Shown: piece by piece, positions 1 to 9,808 of the stretch
Layout: every line of letters begins with the position of its first letter
Position numbering within the stretch: the stretch's first letter is position 1
Origin: Thecamonas trahens ATCC 50062
Lineage: Eukaryota; Protista; Apusomonadida
DNA length: 51,248 bases
Reading direction: 5' to 3'
Assembly: GCF_000142905.1 (NCBI RefSeq)
Contig: NW_013657603.1
Location: forward strand, 1 to 51,248
Notes under the pieces: model-generated
What the model was told of the DNA's origin: nothing
What the model saw: the letters and a program-made list of their open reading frames with translations, nothing else
Databases searched by the model: none
Program-made: the position numbers and the translations under genes

Positions 1-51
1 GGGGGAAGGGACAGGGTGGGCGTTTTGGAGGAGGAGGCGGCGAGGGGGGGG

Positions 52-1086
52 TTAAAGAGATCGCTCGAGGAGATGGATGTTGACAGAGCCATCATGCGAG
101 CCGGTAAAGACGAGCTCGGCGCCTGACTCAAGCCAGCGAGCAACGACAATGGTAGAGATGGCGGCAGTGTGGGTCTGGATGGCGGCAAAGGGGACGAGGT
201 TGGCAGGGACGAGGCCGGCGTGGCGGTCGTCGGGGCGAAAGGCCCAGGTGATGACGTTCTTGTCGCCGCCGCCCGAGATCAGCACCGCAGGCTCGCCGTC
301 CGAGACCAGGCTCAGCGCCTGGATCTTGGTGGCGCGCGGCGCAGAGACATGGGCCACAAGCTTGGCCACAAACTCGCGGCCGGCCTCGCCGATGTCCCAC
401 ACCCGGACGTCGGCCGATCGCGCCGCCGAGAACAGTGCAAACGTGCCGGCGTCGTAGGCGAGCGCGGCCACTGGGCCCGAGTGCCCCGCAAGCGTCGCCA
501 GCAACTGCGGCTTGTCATCGGCGAGCGAGTAGATGTGGATGGCCTTCTTGGAGGTTCCCACAAAGACCCTGCGGGCCTCGCCGTCGACCGCCAGCGACGT
601 CGGCGTCCCAAGCTTGCCCAGTCGCAGCCCCCGCATGACATTGGCCTCGCGATCAAAGGTCCGCAGCGCCTTGTCCTTGCCGACCGAGATAACCGTCTCG
701 TTGAGGCCATCGTAGACAAGGGCAACAGGCGCGGCCGAGTGGACTTGCAGCACGTCGACAATGATGAGTTCGGCGAACTCGTCGTCGAGGGCAACAAGGA
801 CCAGCTCGCCCGAGGCAAGCGCCACCAGCAGCTGCCGTCGATGCCAGTCCCAATCGAGGGCAGCAAGCGAAGAGTCAAAGGTGTGTGTGACCGAGAGCGC
901 AAACGAGAGCGAGGAGATGGCCTCTGACTCGGGGAGCCAGACCGAGAGGCAGCGGTCGGCACTCGCCGTCACCACCACGCCCTCGTCGTCAAGGACGACC
1001 ACGCCCACCACCGCCTTGCGGCCGCACCGAAGGCGGGTGGCTGGCGGTGTGTGGAGGTATGCATGGCTGCTGGCAGAGGCAGCCAT
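52..1086 (-). CDS. WD40-repeat protein, WDFY1/2-like but without a FYVE domain
   Basis: 344-aa ORF with GH...WD-type repeats (LAGHSGPVAALAYD...VRVWD; LISGGGDKNVITW; FTGSHDGSVNIH). Blade order resembles WDFY1/2 as I recall them (VVTASADRCLSVWL; RRVFVG; VWDIG). Confidence 0.8.
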   Translation of the reverse strand: MAASASSHAYLHTPPATRLRCGRKAVVGVVVLDDEGVVVTASADRCLSVWLPESEAISSLSFALSVTHTFDSSLAALDWDWHRRQLLVALASGELVLVALDDEFAELIIVDVLQVHSAAPVALVYDGLNETVISVGKDKALRTFDREANVMRGLRLGKLGTPTSLAVDGEARRVFVGTSKKAIHIYSLADDKPQLLATLAGHSGPVAALAYDAGTFALFSAARSADVRVWDIGEAGREFVAKLVAHVSAPRATKIQALSLVSDGEPAVLISGGGDKNVITWAFRPDDRHAGLVPANLVPFAAIQTHTAAISTIVVARWLESGAELVFTGSHDGSVNIHLLERSL

Positions 1087-1217
1087 GACGAAGGTCGGCG
1101 TATGCGCAGAGTGGAGTGTGTGTTTGCTTGGGACAGCAGCTGCTGCTACCAGGTGCCCGGCCGGCCATCGGCGCGAGGGGGGGAGGGACAGGCTAGCGAT
1201 CTAGGCGAATGGGACAT

Positions 1218-2006
1218 CTACGCGGCCTTGACAACCTCGATGATGGCCTTGGCAGTGTCGCGGGCAGACTGCGGGTTCTGACCAGTGACGACGCGCGAGT
1301 CCGAGGCGACGTTCGAGTTCCACGGCTCAGCGGCAGAGTACTTGCCGCCCTGCTCGGCGAGCTTGTTCTCACAGGTGAAGGGAACGACATCGTACCGCTC
1401 GACAGCGTGCTCCTCGGCGTTGGAGAAGCCAGTCACGGCCTTGCCGGCCACAAGCAGGCTCCCATCCGAGAGGGTGACGTTGACCAGCGCTGCCGGCCCA
1501 TGGCACACCGCCGCTGCCACGCCACCAGCTTCGTACGTCTTGCGGTAGAGGGCCTGGAGAGCAGCGTCCTCGGGCAGATCCCACATGACACCAAAGCCGC
1601 CGACCACAAAGATCACATCGTAGCTGTTCTCCACCGCGTCCTCCAGCTTGATCGACGCCGCCAACTGCGCCTGGATGGCCTCGTCGGTGTTGAACTGGAT
1701 GCACTCGTCGTCGTCCTTGGTCGCCTCGATCGAGCTCGGATCCACAGGCGGAAGGCCGCCCTTGGGCGAGCCAAAGTGGATGTCAAAGCCGGCGGCCTTG
1801 AACTCGTAGTACGGATGCGCAGCCTCGGGCAGGTACCAGCCAGTCGGCGTGTCTGTCTCACCTCGACGTGAGTGAGTCCCGGATGTGTGCCCTCCCCTCC
1901 CCATGCCGCACAAGCTGAAGCTGCAGAAAGGAATGTACGTACCCTGATCACCCAGGCGATCGTTCGAGGTAAAGACCATGAGCACGGAGGGGGAAGAGCC
2001 AGACAT
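1218..2006 (-). CDS. DJ-1/PfpI (Hsp31-like, class I glutamine amidotransferase fold) protein; 2 exons, intron ~1853-1942
   Basis: Motifs VLMVFTSNDRLG, TGWYLPEAAHPY, SPKGG, AAVCHGP (nucleophile Cys-His) and VVTGQNPQS. Removing an in-frame 90-nt GTACGT...CAG intron gives LGDQDTPTGW, the family spacing. An alternative acceptor at 1862 is possible. Confidence 0.92.
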   Translation of the reverse strand: MSGSSPSVLMVFTSNDRLGDQGTYIPFCSFSLCGMGRGGHTSGTHSRRGETDTPTGWYLPEAAHPYYEFKAAGFDIHFGSPKGGLPPVDPSSIEATKDDDECIQFNTDEAIQAQLAASIKLEDAVENSYDVIFVVGGFGVMWDLPEDAALQALYRKTYEAGGVAAAVCHGPAALVNVTLSDGSLLVAGKAVTGFSNAEEHAVERYDVVPFTCENKLAEQGGKYSAAEPWNSNVASDSRVVTGQNPQSARDTAKAIIEVVKAA

Positions 2007-2456
2007 GATAGAGTTGGGGTTGGAAAGAGAGATGGGTGCGGTGTTGAACACGAGCTGATTGTTCTGTGGCATGACAACGCCCATGAGGCATCGTGCGGGA
2101 ATTTCGTTGGGGTTTTGTTCGCCAGTGGATGGACTTGCGTCAGCCGGTTTTACGTCTTGTTGGTGGTGGGGCGGACGAGGGTGCGGGGAGGGGGCATAGG
2201 GGGGATGGGGGTGTTGTGATGGAGTAGGTGTTGCTAGAAGGAGGACGGGTGGTGTTAGGGAGTGTGTAGGGGGTGGTTTTACGGCTTGAGGATGTCGCTG
2301 GGGTTGGTTGGGCAGTGGGAGTGGGGCTTGCGTGGTGCGGGGCAAGGTGCGGTCATGTCCGCGCTTGGGCGCCAGCCAATTTATTGTCTTTGCAATGTGT
2401 TGTCACGGGGGAGATCGGAGTTGACGTGACTACAACCATTGGGTGGGCTGCTGCGG

Positions 2457-3512
2457 CTACTGCGGCGCAAAGAACGAGGTGATAGTGGCCGAGTTGCGCT
2501 TGGCGGTAGACTGGACAGGAAGGGGCTGCGCCTGGGGCTGGGGCACAAGATCGGGCTCGGGCTCGGGCTCGGCCGACTCGGTGGCCGAGTCAGAGTCGCT
2601 GTCCGAGTCAGAGACGGTGCCCGAGTCCGAGTCGCCGACGGCGAGCGACTCGATGAGGATGGTCGAGTCACGGCGGAGAGCCTGGCCGGCGACGGGTGCT
2701 GGCGGTGGGGCCAGCGGGAAGATGCGGCGGAGCGAGGCCTCGTAGAGGGCAGTGTCTGTGGGAAGAAAGGTGCAGAAGACGATGCGATCAAAGGCAGCGG
2801 CGTTGAGCGGCGAGGCCTCGAGCCACTCGCGGACGGTGGCCGGGGCGACGAGGGCGGCGAGCTCGTTGGGGAAGCCGTAGATGCCTGTGGAGATGCAGCA
2901 GAAGCAGACTGAGCGGAGGCCCTCGGCCTTGGCTAGGTCGAGGACCGAGGTGTAGCATCGTGAGAGGAGCTTGGGCTTGCGGCCGATGGGCCCGACGGTG
3001 TGGATGACGTGGGCAGCCGGGAGGTTGAAGCCCGGAGTGATCTTGGCGTCACCGACCTCGCACCCGCCCAACAGCGAGCATGTGCGACGGAGCTTGGATC
3101 CGGCGGCGCGGTGGATGGCACCGTCGATGCCGCCGCCGCCGAGGAGAGTCCGGTTCGCGGCGTTGACGATGGCGTCGACGGCGAGCTTGGTCATGTCGCC
3201 CGACCACAGCGCGATCTTTTCATTGAGCTCGGGCGCGTAGTCGTAGCTCAGCTCGCCTGGAGACGGCGCGACCTTGCTATCGAGCTTGTGCGCCGCGGCA
3301 TACGTCGGCCATGCCGCAATGTCCTCCACCGCCGTCACGCCGTCGTCGAGACGCCGAGCCCGCTTGGACGGCCGCGGCGAGTCGTCGCCGTTTACGGCAC
3401 GCTTGGTCGGCCGGAGCGAAGGAGAAGAAGATGAACACAGTGCCTCTTGTGTAAATGGCTGTGTCAGCTCTTGGGTCACCTCCTCCTGGGTCTGGGTCTC
3501 GCTAGTCTCCAT
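2457..3512 (-). CDS. MacroD-type macrodomain ADP-ribosylhydrolase / O-acetyl-ADP-ribose deacetylase
   Basis: [48 protein letters not shown]. Confidence 0.95.
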   Translation of the reverse strand: METSETQTQEEVTQELTQPFTQEALCSSSSPSLRPTKRAVNGDDSPRPSKRARRLDDGVTAVEDIAAWPTYAAAHKLDSKVAPSPGELSYDYAPELNEKIALWSGDMTKLAVDAIVNAANRTLLGGGGIDGAIHRAAGSKLRRTCSLLGGCEVGDAKITPGFNLPAAHVIHTVGPIGRKPKLLSRCYTSVLDLAKAEGLRSVCFCCISTGIYGFPNELAALVAPATVREWLEASPLNAAAFDRIVFCTFLPTDTALYEASLRRIFPLAPPPAPVAGQALRRDSTILIESLAVGDSDSGTVSDSDSDSDSATESAEPEPEPDLVPQPQAQPLPVQSTAKRNSATITSFFAPQ

Positions 3513-3658
3513 TGAAGAGGGGGGGAAGGGGTGGAGGAGAGTGATCAGGCCGACGTAGATTCACCGATCTGCGGAAAAGGCCGTCAGGCCAAGAAAAGGC
3601 TCCTGGGGCGGGGGGGAGTCCGAGACGGGAGGAGCACCTGACGCGGTGGGGGAGCGAC

Positions 3659-4621
3659 ATGTGGTGGACGTGGTGGTGTGTAGCAGGGATTGTGGTTTGC
3701 TGGCTGACCAGGTGTGCGGTGCGGTGGCTGGGGCGAACGCATGCGCTGCCGCGGCTGGCGCTGGGCGAGGCGCGGGTGCTGGTGACCGGTGGCGGCGGCG
3801 GGGTGGGCGGGCATCTTGTGGCGGAGTTTGCGGCGCGCGGGGTGGCGGCGGTTGTTGTGGTGGACGTGGACGGCGAGCGTGTGGCGCGTGTGGTGGAGGC
3901 TGTGGGCGCGAGACATCCAGCGGTGCGGGTGGAGGGCGTGGTGATGGACGTGACGTCGGCGGAGGCGCGGCGCGGGCTGGTGGCGGAGCTGGCGGAGAAG
4001 GGACTCGCTATCAATGTGCTGGTGAACAACGCTGGGGTGGTGGCCGGGCGGCGGGTGGGCAGCGGCGATGGGCGAGCCGAGGCGATGGTGACGAGTCTGC
4101 GGGTGAACGTGGAGGCACCGATGGCGCTGGTGGAGGCGCTGTGGCCGCAGCTGGCGGGCTCGGGCGAGCAGGCGCAGATTGTCAACGTGGCGTCGACGAT
4201 GGGCCTGGTGCCGGCGGCAGGCCTCGCCGACTACTGCTGCTCCAAGTATGGACTGGTCGGCTTCCATGAGTCGCTGGCGCTCGAGGTGCGGGCAGACGGG
4301 CGCGACGGGTACCTCGGGCTCACGCTTGTGTGTCCGTACAAGATCAACACCGGCATGTTTGACGGGGTGCAGCTGCGGATGCCGTGGCTCCTGCCTGCGC
4401 TCGAGGCGGACGACGTGGCTCGGAGCATTGTAGAGAGCGTGGAGGCCCGGGAGGAGGTTGTGGTGCTCCCATGGGCGGTCGGGGCCATGTTTCCGGTGCT
4501 CGGCCTGCTGCCGCGGCGGGTGTGGGTGGCGGTCGTCGAGTGGTTCGGCGGGCGGCACGGGATGGACAACTTTGCGCCACGCCCCGATCGCGAACTGCCG
4601 GCTGCACTGCGGGCGAGTTAA
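3659..4621 (+). CDS. Classical short-chain dehydrogenase/reductase, retinol dehydrogenase/17-beta-HSD11-like, with N-terminal membrane anchor
   Basis: VLVTGGGGGVG (TGxxxGxG), LVNNAG, NVAS, YCCSK (YxxxK), VCPYKINTGMF; hydrophobic N-terminus. Confidence 0.93.
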   Translation: MWWTWWCVAGIVVCWLTRCAVRWLGRTHALPRLALGEARVLVTGGGGGVGGHLVAEFAARGVAAVVVVDVDGERVARVVEAVGARHPAVRVEGVVMDVTSAEARRGLVAELAEKGLAINVLVNNAGVVAGRRVGSGDGRAEAMVTSLRVNVEAPMALVEALWPQLAGSGEQAQIVNVASTMGLVPAAGLADYCCSKYGLVGFHESLALEVRADGRDGYLGLTLVCPYKINTGMFDGVQLRMPWLLPALEADDVARSIVESVEAREEVVVLPWAVGAMFPVLGLLPRRVWVAVVEWFGGRHGMDNFAPRPDRELPAALRAS

Positions 4622-4626
4622 AGGCA

Positions 4627-6282
4627 TCAGTACGAGATGGTGGCAGTTGAGCCGAGCGGCGCGACAAAGACGGTTGTCGGGTGAGCGACGACGTAGTATT
4701 GCGAGGCGGTTTCGTCGTAGAGGCGGATGGCGGCGAGCTCGAAGAAGCCGTCAGTGAGGGCGCATGCGTAGACGTTGACAGCGATGGTGGCCTTCGGCGG
4801 GATGTCGCCGAGGACGACCGACTGCTCGAGGCAGAGGAGGGCCGAGTCTGCGGGGTGGGATGCGTGGTACTCGTCGGCGAGGGCGGCGAGGGCGGCGCGC
4901 GAGTCATCACTCTCCGGATCTGTCGATGGCGAGAGCCAGACTGGGATGTTAGCGACGTCGGTGCGGAGGCGTGCAGCGAGGAAAGTCTCAATCGAGGCTT
5001 GCGAGGAGGCGAGCGGCGGCGAGACAGCGCCGAGGCCACCGGCGGTAAGAACGAGCGAGCGCGCGGCTGGGAGGAGGAGCTTGACGCTCTTGACCATGTC
5101 GGTGGCGTTGGTGACCTGGATGGAGACCGGGAAGACGCGGGCGACGGTGATCGACGGCGGGAGCGAGGTCTGAACAATGAGGTCGCCGGAGAGCGGTGTC
5201 CGCCAGGGGATGCGATACATGGAGGTGACACCTGAGGCGGCCATACCAGCAACGGACCAGGCGAGGCGAAGGTCGGCGAAAAAGGCGGCATCGGAGCGGC
5301 GGAGTGGCGACTTGGGCGTGGCCACATACACCATAGTGAAGACCTCGCCGGGACTCAGCGTGCACGGCAGGTGGGAGAGGCCCTCGACCTCGAGATGGAA
5401 GCCATCGCGGACGGCCAGGTCACGGACTGACGATGAGCCAGCGAGCATGAACGAGGCGCGGTCGAGGCCAACAGGCACAGCCGCGGTGTTGGTGAGCGAG
5501 ACCGAGATGGCGTGCGAGGCGGCAAGCGGGACACAGCGCGCGGCAGCGACAAGCGGGCAGATAACGTCGAGCTCAAGTGCCACCGACGCGGCGTCGGGCT
5601 CGGCCGCAAACGGGACTGACGAGAGGAGCGACTCGCGCGAGGTCTCCACCAGCAGCGGCGGCGTGACAGTGCACACGAGCGAGAGCTTGCGCGAAGCTGG
5701 CAGCGAGCGGATGGGCACCCGCATGGTGACGACAATGGCGGCGTCGCCGAACTCGTCATCGTACTCGCCAAACCAGAACGCCGGCTCTTGCGCCACATCA
5801 GCACCAAACGACGGCAGCGGATCAAGCGGCATCCACCCATCGTCGTCCGATGTCGCATTGACGGGCGAGGCTGGCGTGGCCGATGACGCCGGCTCTGCGG
5901 GGGTGAGAGAGAGGCCGATGTGTGCGGCAGAGAAGAACGAGCGAGCAAAGTCAGTGCGATCGTCGGTGTGGACAATGAGCGCCACATCGACGACTTCTCC
6001 GTAGTACACCTCGGTCCGCCCGCCGAGTCGCTCGTCGGGCGAGTGGCGGTCAGCCGACTGCGGAGCAGCGGTGTGAGCGGCATCGACATGGCCAGCGGCA
6101 TCATCTCCATCATCCCCAGTATGCCCACCAATGCTATGCTCTGCAGCATTTGCATGGTCTTGCGTTGGGGTTGGTTGGCTTCGGGGAGGTGGGTGGAGCG
6201 ACCATTCGGGCGACCGGCCGTAGACACACAGCTGGTACCGGGCACGGGCGAGGAAGGAGGAGAATCCATCATTGGACGACAT
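4627..6282 (-). CDS. TRAPP II subunit Trs65/TRAPPC13/TRAPPC14-like protein
   Basis: ~551-aa ORF from MSSNDG. Ig-like beta segments (VYYGE, ISVSLTN, VFPVSIQVTN) and the C-terminal LLCLEQSVVLGDIPP...ALTDGFFELAAIRLYD pattern typical of the Trs65 family. Confidence 0.6.
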   Translation of the reverse strand: MSSNDGFSSFLARARYQLCVYGRSPEWSLHPPPRSQPTPTQDHANAAEHSIGGHTGDDGDDAAGHVDAAHTAAPQSADRHSPDERLGGRTEVYYGEVVDVALIVHTDDRTDFARSFFSAAHIGLSLTPAEPASSATPASPVNATSDDDGWMPLDPLPSFGADVAQEPAFWFGEYDDEFGDAAIVVTMRVPIRSLPASRKLSLVCTVTPPLLVETSRESLLSSVPFAAEPDAASVALELDVICPLVAAARCVPLAASHAISVSLTNTAAVPVGLDRASFMLAGSSSVRDLAVRDGFHLEVEGLSHLPCTLSPGEVFTMVYVATPKSPLRRSDAAFFADLRLAWSVAGMAASGVTSMYRIPWRTPLSGDLIVQTSLPPSITVARVFPVSIQVTNATDMVKSVKLLLPAARSLVLTAGGLGAVSPPLASSQASIETFLAARLRTDVANIPVWLSPSTDPESDDSRAALAALADEYHASHPADSALLCLEQSVVLGDIPPKATIAVNVYACALTDGFFELAAIRLYDETASQYYVVAHPTTVFVAPLGSTATISY

Positions 6283-6295
6283 GTGAGGGTGCAGG

Positions 6296-6326
<31 letters not shown>

Positions 6327-6356
6327 GGGGGGGTGACAGGCAGCGACGGGCATGCG

Positions 6357-7136
6357 NNNNNNNNNNNNNNNNNNNNNNNNNNNNNNNNNNNNNNNNNNNN
6401 NNNNNNNNNNNNNNNNNNNNNNNNNNNNNNNNNNNNNNNNNNNNNNNNNNNNNNNNNNNNNNNNNNNNNNNNNNNNNNNNNNNNNNNNNNNNNNNNNNNN
6501 NNNNNNNNNNNNNNNNNNNNNNNNNNNNNNNNNNNNNNNNNNNNNNNNNNNNNNNNNNNNNNNNNNNNNNNNNNNNNNNNNNNNNNNNNNNNNNNNNNNN
6601 NNNNNNNNNNNNNNNNNNNNNNNNNNNNNNNNNNNNNNNNNNNNNNNNNNNNNNNNNNNNNNNNNNNNNNNNNNNNNNNNNNNNNNNNNNNNNNNNNNNN
6701 NNNNNNNNNNNNNNNNNNNNNNNNNNNNNNNNNNNNNNNNNNNNNNNNNNNNNNNNNNNNNNNNNNNNNNNNNNNNNNNNNNNNNNNNNNNNNNNNNNNN
6801 NNNNNNNNNNNNNNNNNNNNNNNNNNNNNNNNNNNNNNNNNNNNNNNNNNNNNNNNNNNNNNNNNNNNNNNNNNNNNNNNNNNNNNNNNNNNNNNNNNNN
6901 NNNNNNNNNNNNNNNNNNNNNNNNNNNNNNNNNNNNNNNNNNNNNNNNNNNNNNNNNNNNNNNNNNNNNNNNNNNNNNNNNNNNNNNNNNNNNNNNNNNN
7001 NNNNNNNNNNNNNNNNNNNNNNNNNNNNNNNNNNNNNNNNNNNNNNNNNNNNNNNNNNNNNNNNNNNNNNNNNNNNNNNNNNNNNNNNNNNNNNNNNNNN
7101 NNNNNNNNNNNNNNNNNNNNNNNNNNNNNNNNNNNN
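6357..7136. other. Assembly gap (N run), probably a false gap
   Basis: Both flanks carry the same sequence (poly-G-TGACAGGCAGC(G)ACGGGCATG). Confidence 0.85.
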
Positions 7137-7450
7137 GGGGGGGGGGGGGTGACAGGCAGCACGGGCATGGCCGACAACGAGTTGGTGGGCAACTCGGTCG
7201 ATGGCAGGAACAGCTGCTCAGGGAGGGATGGGGCACACGGTCAGTGGCAGACGACACGGGCTCGGCACGGGCACTTGTCGTTTGGTGGCAAAGTCACAGG
7301 TGTCTGTGCGTGACAGACAGGCAAGGCAAGAGAGGCGGAAAGGTCACGCGTCGCAGAAGACTTGGGGCTTGGGGAACAGCGCGCTGCATCTCTCTCTCTC
7401 TCACGCTCAAGTTGGACGTGGACGGGCTCGGCATAAAGGGCAACTACCAC

Positions 7451-8077
7451 ATGACGCACGCATCGGGTCTTCCGCTACTGGCTGTGCTCATGCTGATGGC
7501 TGTGGCAGCCACCCCGTGCGCGGGAGTCGCGCCGATGAGCCGCATCACCGACCGGCTGTGGGTGGGGAACCAGCACGCGGCCGGCAACCTGACGCTGCTG
7601 ACCGAGATCGGTATCACCGGTGTGGTCAACGTCGCGTGGGACCTTGACATCATGTATCCGGCGAGTGAGTACGTCGGCTCGCTTGCCGAGGACAACGCCC
7701 ATCTGAAGCTCGAGTACGCCAAGGTCGGCTTGGTGGATGGCGAAGGCAACGCCAACGTCACCCTCGCCGCCGCCGTCTTCCAGGTCGCGCAGATAATGAC
7801 CAAGCGCACGCTGGAGACCAAGGACGCCCACACATACCCCAATCCGCCGCAGCGCATCCTCCTCCACTGCCATTCGGGCATGTCGCGCTCCGTCACCATC
7901 GCTGCCCTCTATCTCCGCTACACAGATCCGGTGACCTACCCGGACTTTGCCGCCGCGCTCTCGTACGTCAAGGCCGCCCGTGGCATCTCCACAGATCCGG
8001 CGCCGGCCCTCGTCGCCCTCGCCACCGCCATGTCGCCGCACGACATCTTTGCCCCGTTCGGCGGCCTCCCGCAGTAA
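7451..8077 (+). CDS. Dual-specificity phosphatase-family protein with predicted signal peptide
   Basis: SRITDRLWVG, GITGVVNVA, LVDG (general-acid Asp), ILLHCHSGMSRSVTIAALYL (CX5R). N-terminal LPLLAVLMLMAVAATPCAG. Confidence 0.9.
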   Translation: MTHASGLPLLAVLMLMAVAATPCAGVAPMSRITDRLWVGNQHAAGNLTLLTEIGITGVVNVAWDLDIMYPASEYVGSLAEDNAHLKLEYAKVGLVDGEGNANVTLAAAVFQVAQIMTKRTLETKDAHTYPNPPQRILLHCHSGMSRSVTIAALYLRYTDPVTYPDFAAALSYVKAARGISTDPAPALVALATAMSPHDIFAPFGGLPQ

Positions 8078-8153
8078 AAGTGGCACCTTGGGCGTGGCCG
8101 AACAACTCACACGTGCGACATCTCTCTCGCACCACCTCACTCGCGCTCACACC

Positions 8154-9788
8154 ATGCACGCACACGGCGGGGTGGCGACGGGTCTAATCGCAGCTCTTGT
8201 CCTCAGTCTTGCTCTTGCCCTCGCATCAGAAGGCCGGGCGGTGACGGTGAGGCTCGCGCATCACGCGCGCACGCTTTCGGAGGAAGATGGGGGTTTTAAC
8301 GCGCGCGAGGCGACGATGGCGTCGATCGCAGCGGCTCTGCGGGACGGGACACCGTGTGTGGAGATCATCGAGGCGTTTGCTGACGTGGTGGTGACGGGCG
8401 AACCAAAGCTGAACGCATGTGTGGGCGGGAGCGTCGACAAGGCGGCGATGCGGGCACGGGCCGCGGCGATCGATGCGATGCTGGCGGAAGGAAAGAAACT
8501 TGCGCTGGCGTGTGTGCCGGTGGTGGTCAAGGACAACGTGGATGTTGCCGGGCAACCGACGTCGGGTGGAGTGGCGGCGCTGCGCAAGTCGGTGGCGGCG
8601 GTGGACGCGCCGGTATGGGCTGCGGTCGAGGCTGCCGGGGCGGTGCTGGTGTGCAAGGGCAACATGCCGGACTTTGCGGCCAACGGGCTCAACACGGTGT
8701 CGTCACGGAGTGGGCAGACGCTGTCGGCGTACAACCGATCGCGGGTGCCGTACGGTTCATCGGGCGGACCGGCGGTGGCGATTTCGGCCTCGTACGGCGT
8801 GCTCGGCATTGGGACCGATACCGACGGCTCGATCCAGAACCCGTCGTCGGCGGCGTCGCTGGTTGGCCTCCGCGGCACGCTTGGTCTCGTTCCGACCTTA
8901 GGCATCCTCCCGCTCTCCATCTTCTCCGACGTGGCCGGGCCGATGACCCGGACGGTGGCCGATGCTGCGGTGGCGTACCAGGTCATGGTCAACGCCAGCC
9001 TCGCAAGCCGCGGCTCGCAGGACTATGTCGGCGCGCTCAAGGCCGACGCACTCGCTGGCGCACGCATCGGCTACCTCTCGTCAGTCCTTGCTCGCGTACC
9101 CGGGAAGCAGGTACCAGATCCGGCCGTTGAGGCGCTTGCATGTGCCGCGCTCGACGCGCTAGACAAGGCCGGTGCGCGGGTTACGACCATCGCTCCCAAC
9201 GCACCGGTAGTCACCGCGCTTGTCAGCATCATCAGCTCGGTGAGCCCGGCGGCGCTCGGCCTCTGCGGCGACTCCTCGTTCAAAGCTGCTGTCAACAGCT
9301 TTCTGGCAACAAGGCCTCGCGACGAGGGAATGCGGTCCGTCAGCGAGGTCTATGCCTCGGGCGAATTCCTGCACGGGCTCGGCGGCGTGACAGCGCTGCT
9401 GGAGAACGCAATCGCGGCACCGCCGCCGTCGTCGGGCAACGTCTCGGCTGCATGTGCCGGGTATGTGGCAGCGCAGAAAGAAGCGCGGCAGCTGCTGGTC
9501 GAGTACCTCGACAGCCACGGTCTTGCAGCCTTTGGGTTTCCGACCGAGAACCAGCCGCCGCCCAAGCTGCCGGGCATCCCGCCGCCGACCGGATGGTTTG
9601 GGACGCAGCTTGTGTCGGCGTTCACCGGCCTGCCGGCGATGGTGATGCCAATGGGCGCGACTCTCGGCTACGACACACCGGTCGGGTGGACCTTTCTCGG
9701 GCGGCCGTACGACGAGGCGACGCTGTTTGGCCTGGCGTACGGGTTCGAGCTGGCGCATCCATCACGGGTTGTCCCGCCATCGCCGTGA
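8154..9788 (+). CDS. Amidase-signature family amidase, secreted
   Basis: VVKDNVDV (Lys), GSSGG (cis-Ser), GTDTDGSI (nucleophile Ser), DVAGPMTRTVADAA; signal peptide LIAALVLSLALALASEG. Confidence 0.93.
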   Translation: MHAHGGVATGLIAALVLSLALALASEGRAVTVRLAHHARTLSEEDGGFNAREATMASIAAALRDGTPCVEIIEAFADVVVTGEPKLNACVGGSVDKAAMRARAAAIDAMLAEGKKLALACVPVVVKDNVDVAGQPTSGGVAALRKSVAAVDAPVWAAVEAAGAVLVCKGNMPDFAANGLNTVSSRSGQTLSAYNRSRVPYGSSGGPAVAISASYGVLGIGTDTDGSIQNPSSAASLVGLRGTLGLVPTLGILPLSIFSDVAGPMTRTVADAAVAYQVMVNASLASRGSQDYVGALKADALAGARIGYLSSVLARVPGKQVPDPAVEALACAALDALDKAGARVTTIAPNAPVVTALVSIISSVSPAALGLCGDSSFKAAVNSFLATRPRDEGMRSVSEVYASGEFLHGLGGVTALLENAIAAPPPSSGNVSAACAGYVAAQKEARQLLVEYLDSHGLAAFGFPTENQPPPKLPGIPPPTGWFGTQLVSAFTGLPAMVMPMGATLGYDTPVGWTFLGRPYDEATLFGLAYGFELAHPSRVVPPSP

Positions 9789-9808
9789 GGCACGGCGCGG
9801 GAAGCGGG

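Noticed and set aside
2007-2345. Pro-rich N-terminal extension of DJ-1 (likewise extensions of LPCAT, amidase, PTB, CDC40 and SLC35 in the ORF track)
   Set aside because: Non-ATG starts and low-complexity or UTR-like composition; family homology begins at downstream ATGs; the SLC35 extension overlaps the tRNA
6283-7257. Long ORF extensions through N gaps (876-aa, 861-aa and similar)
   Set aside because: Ns hide stop codons, and duplicated flanks indicate overlapping contig ends
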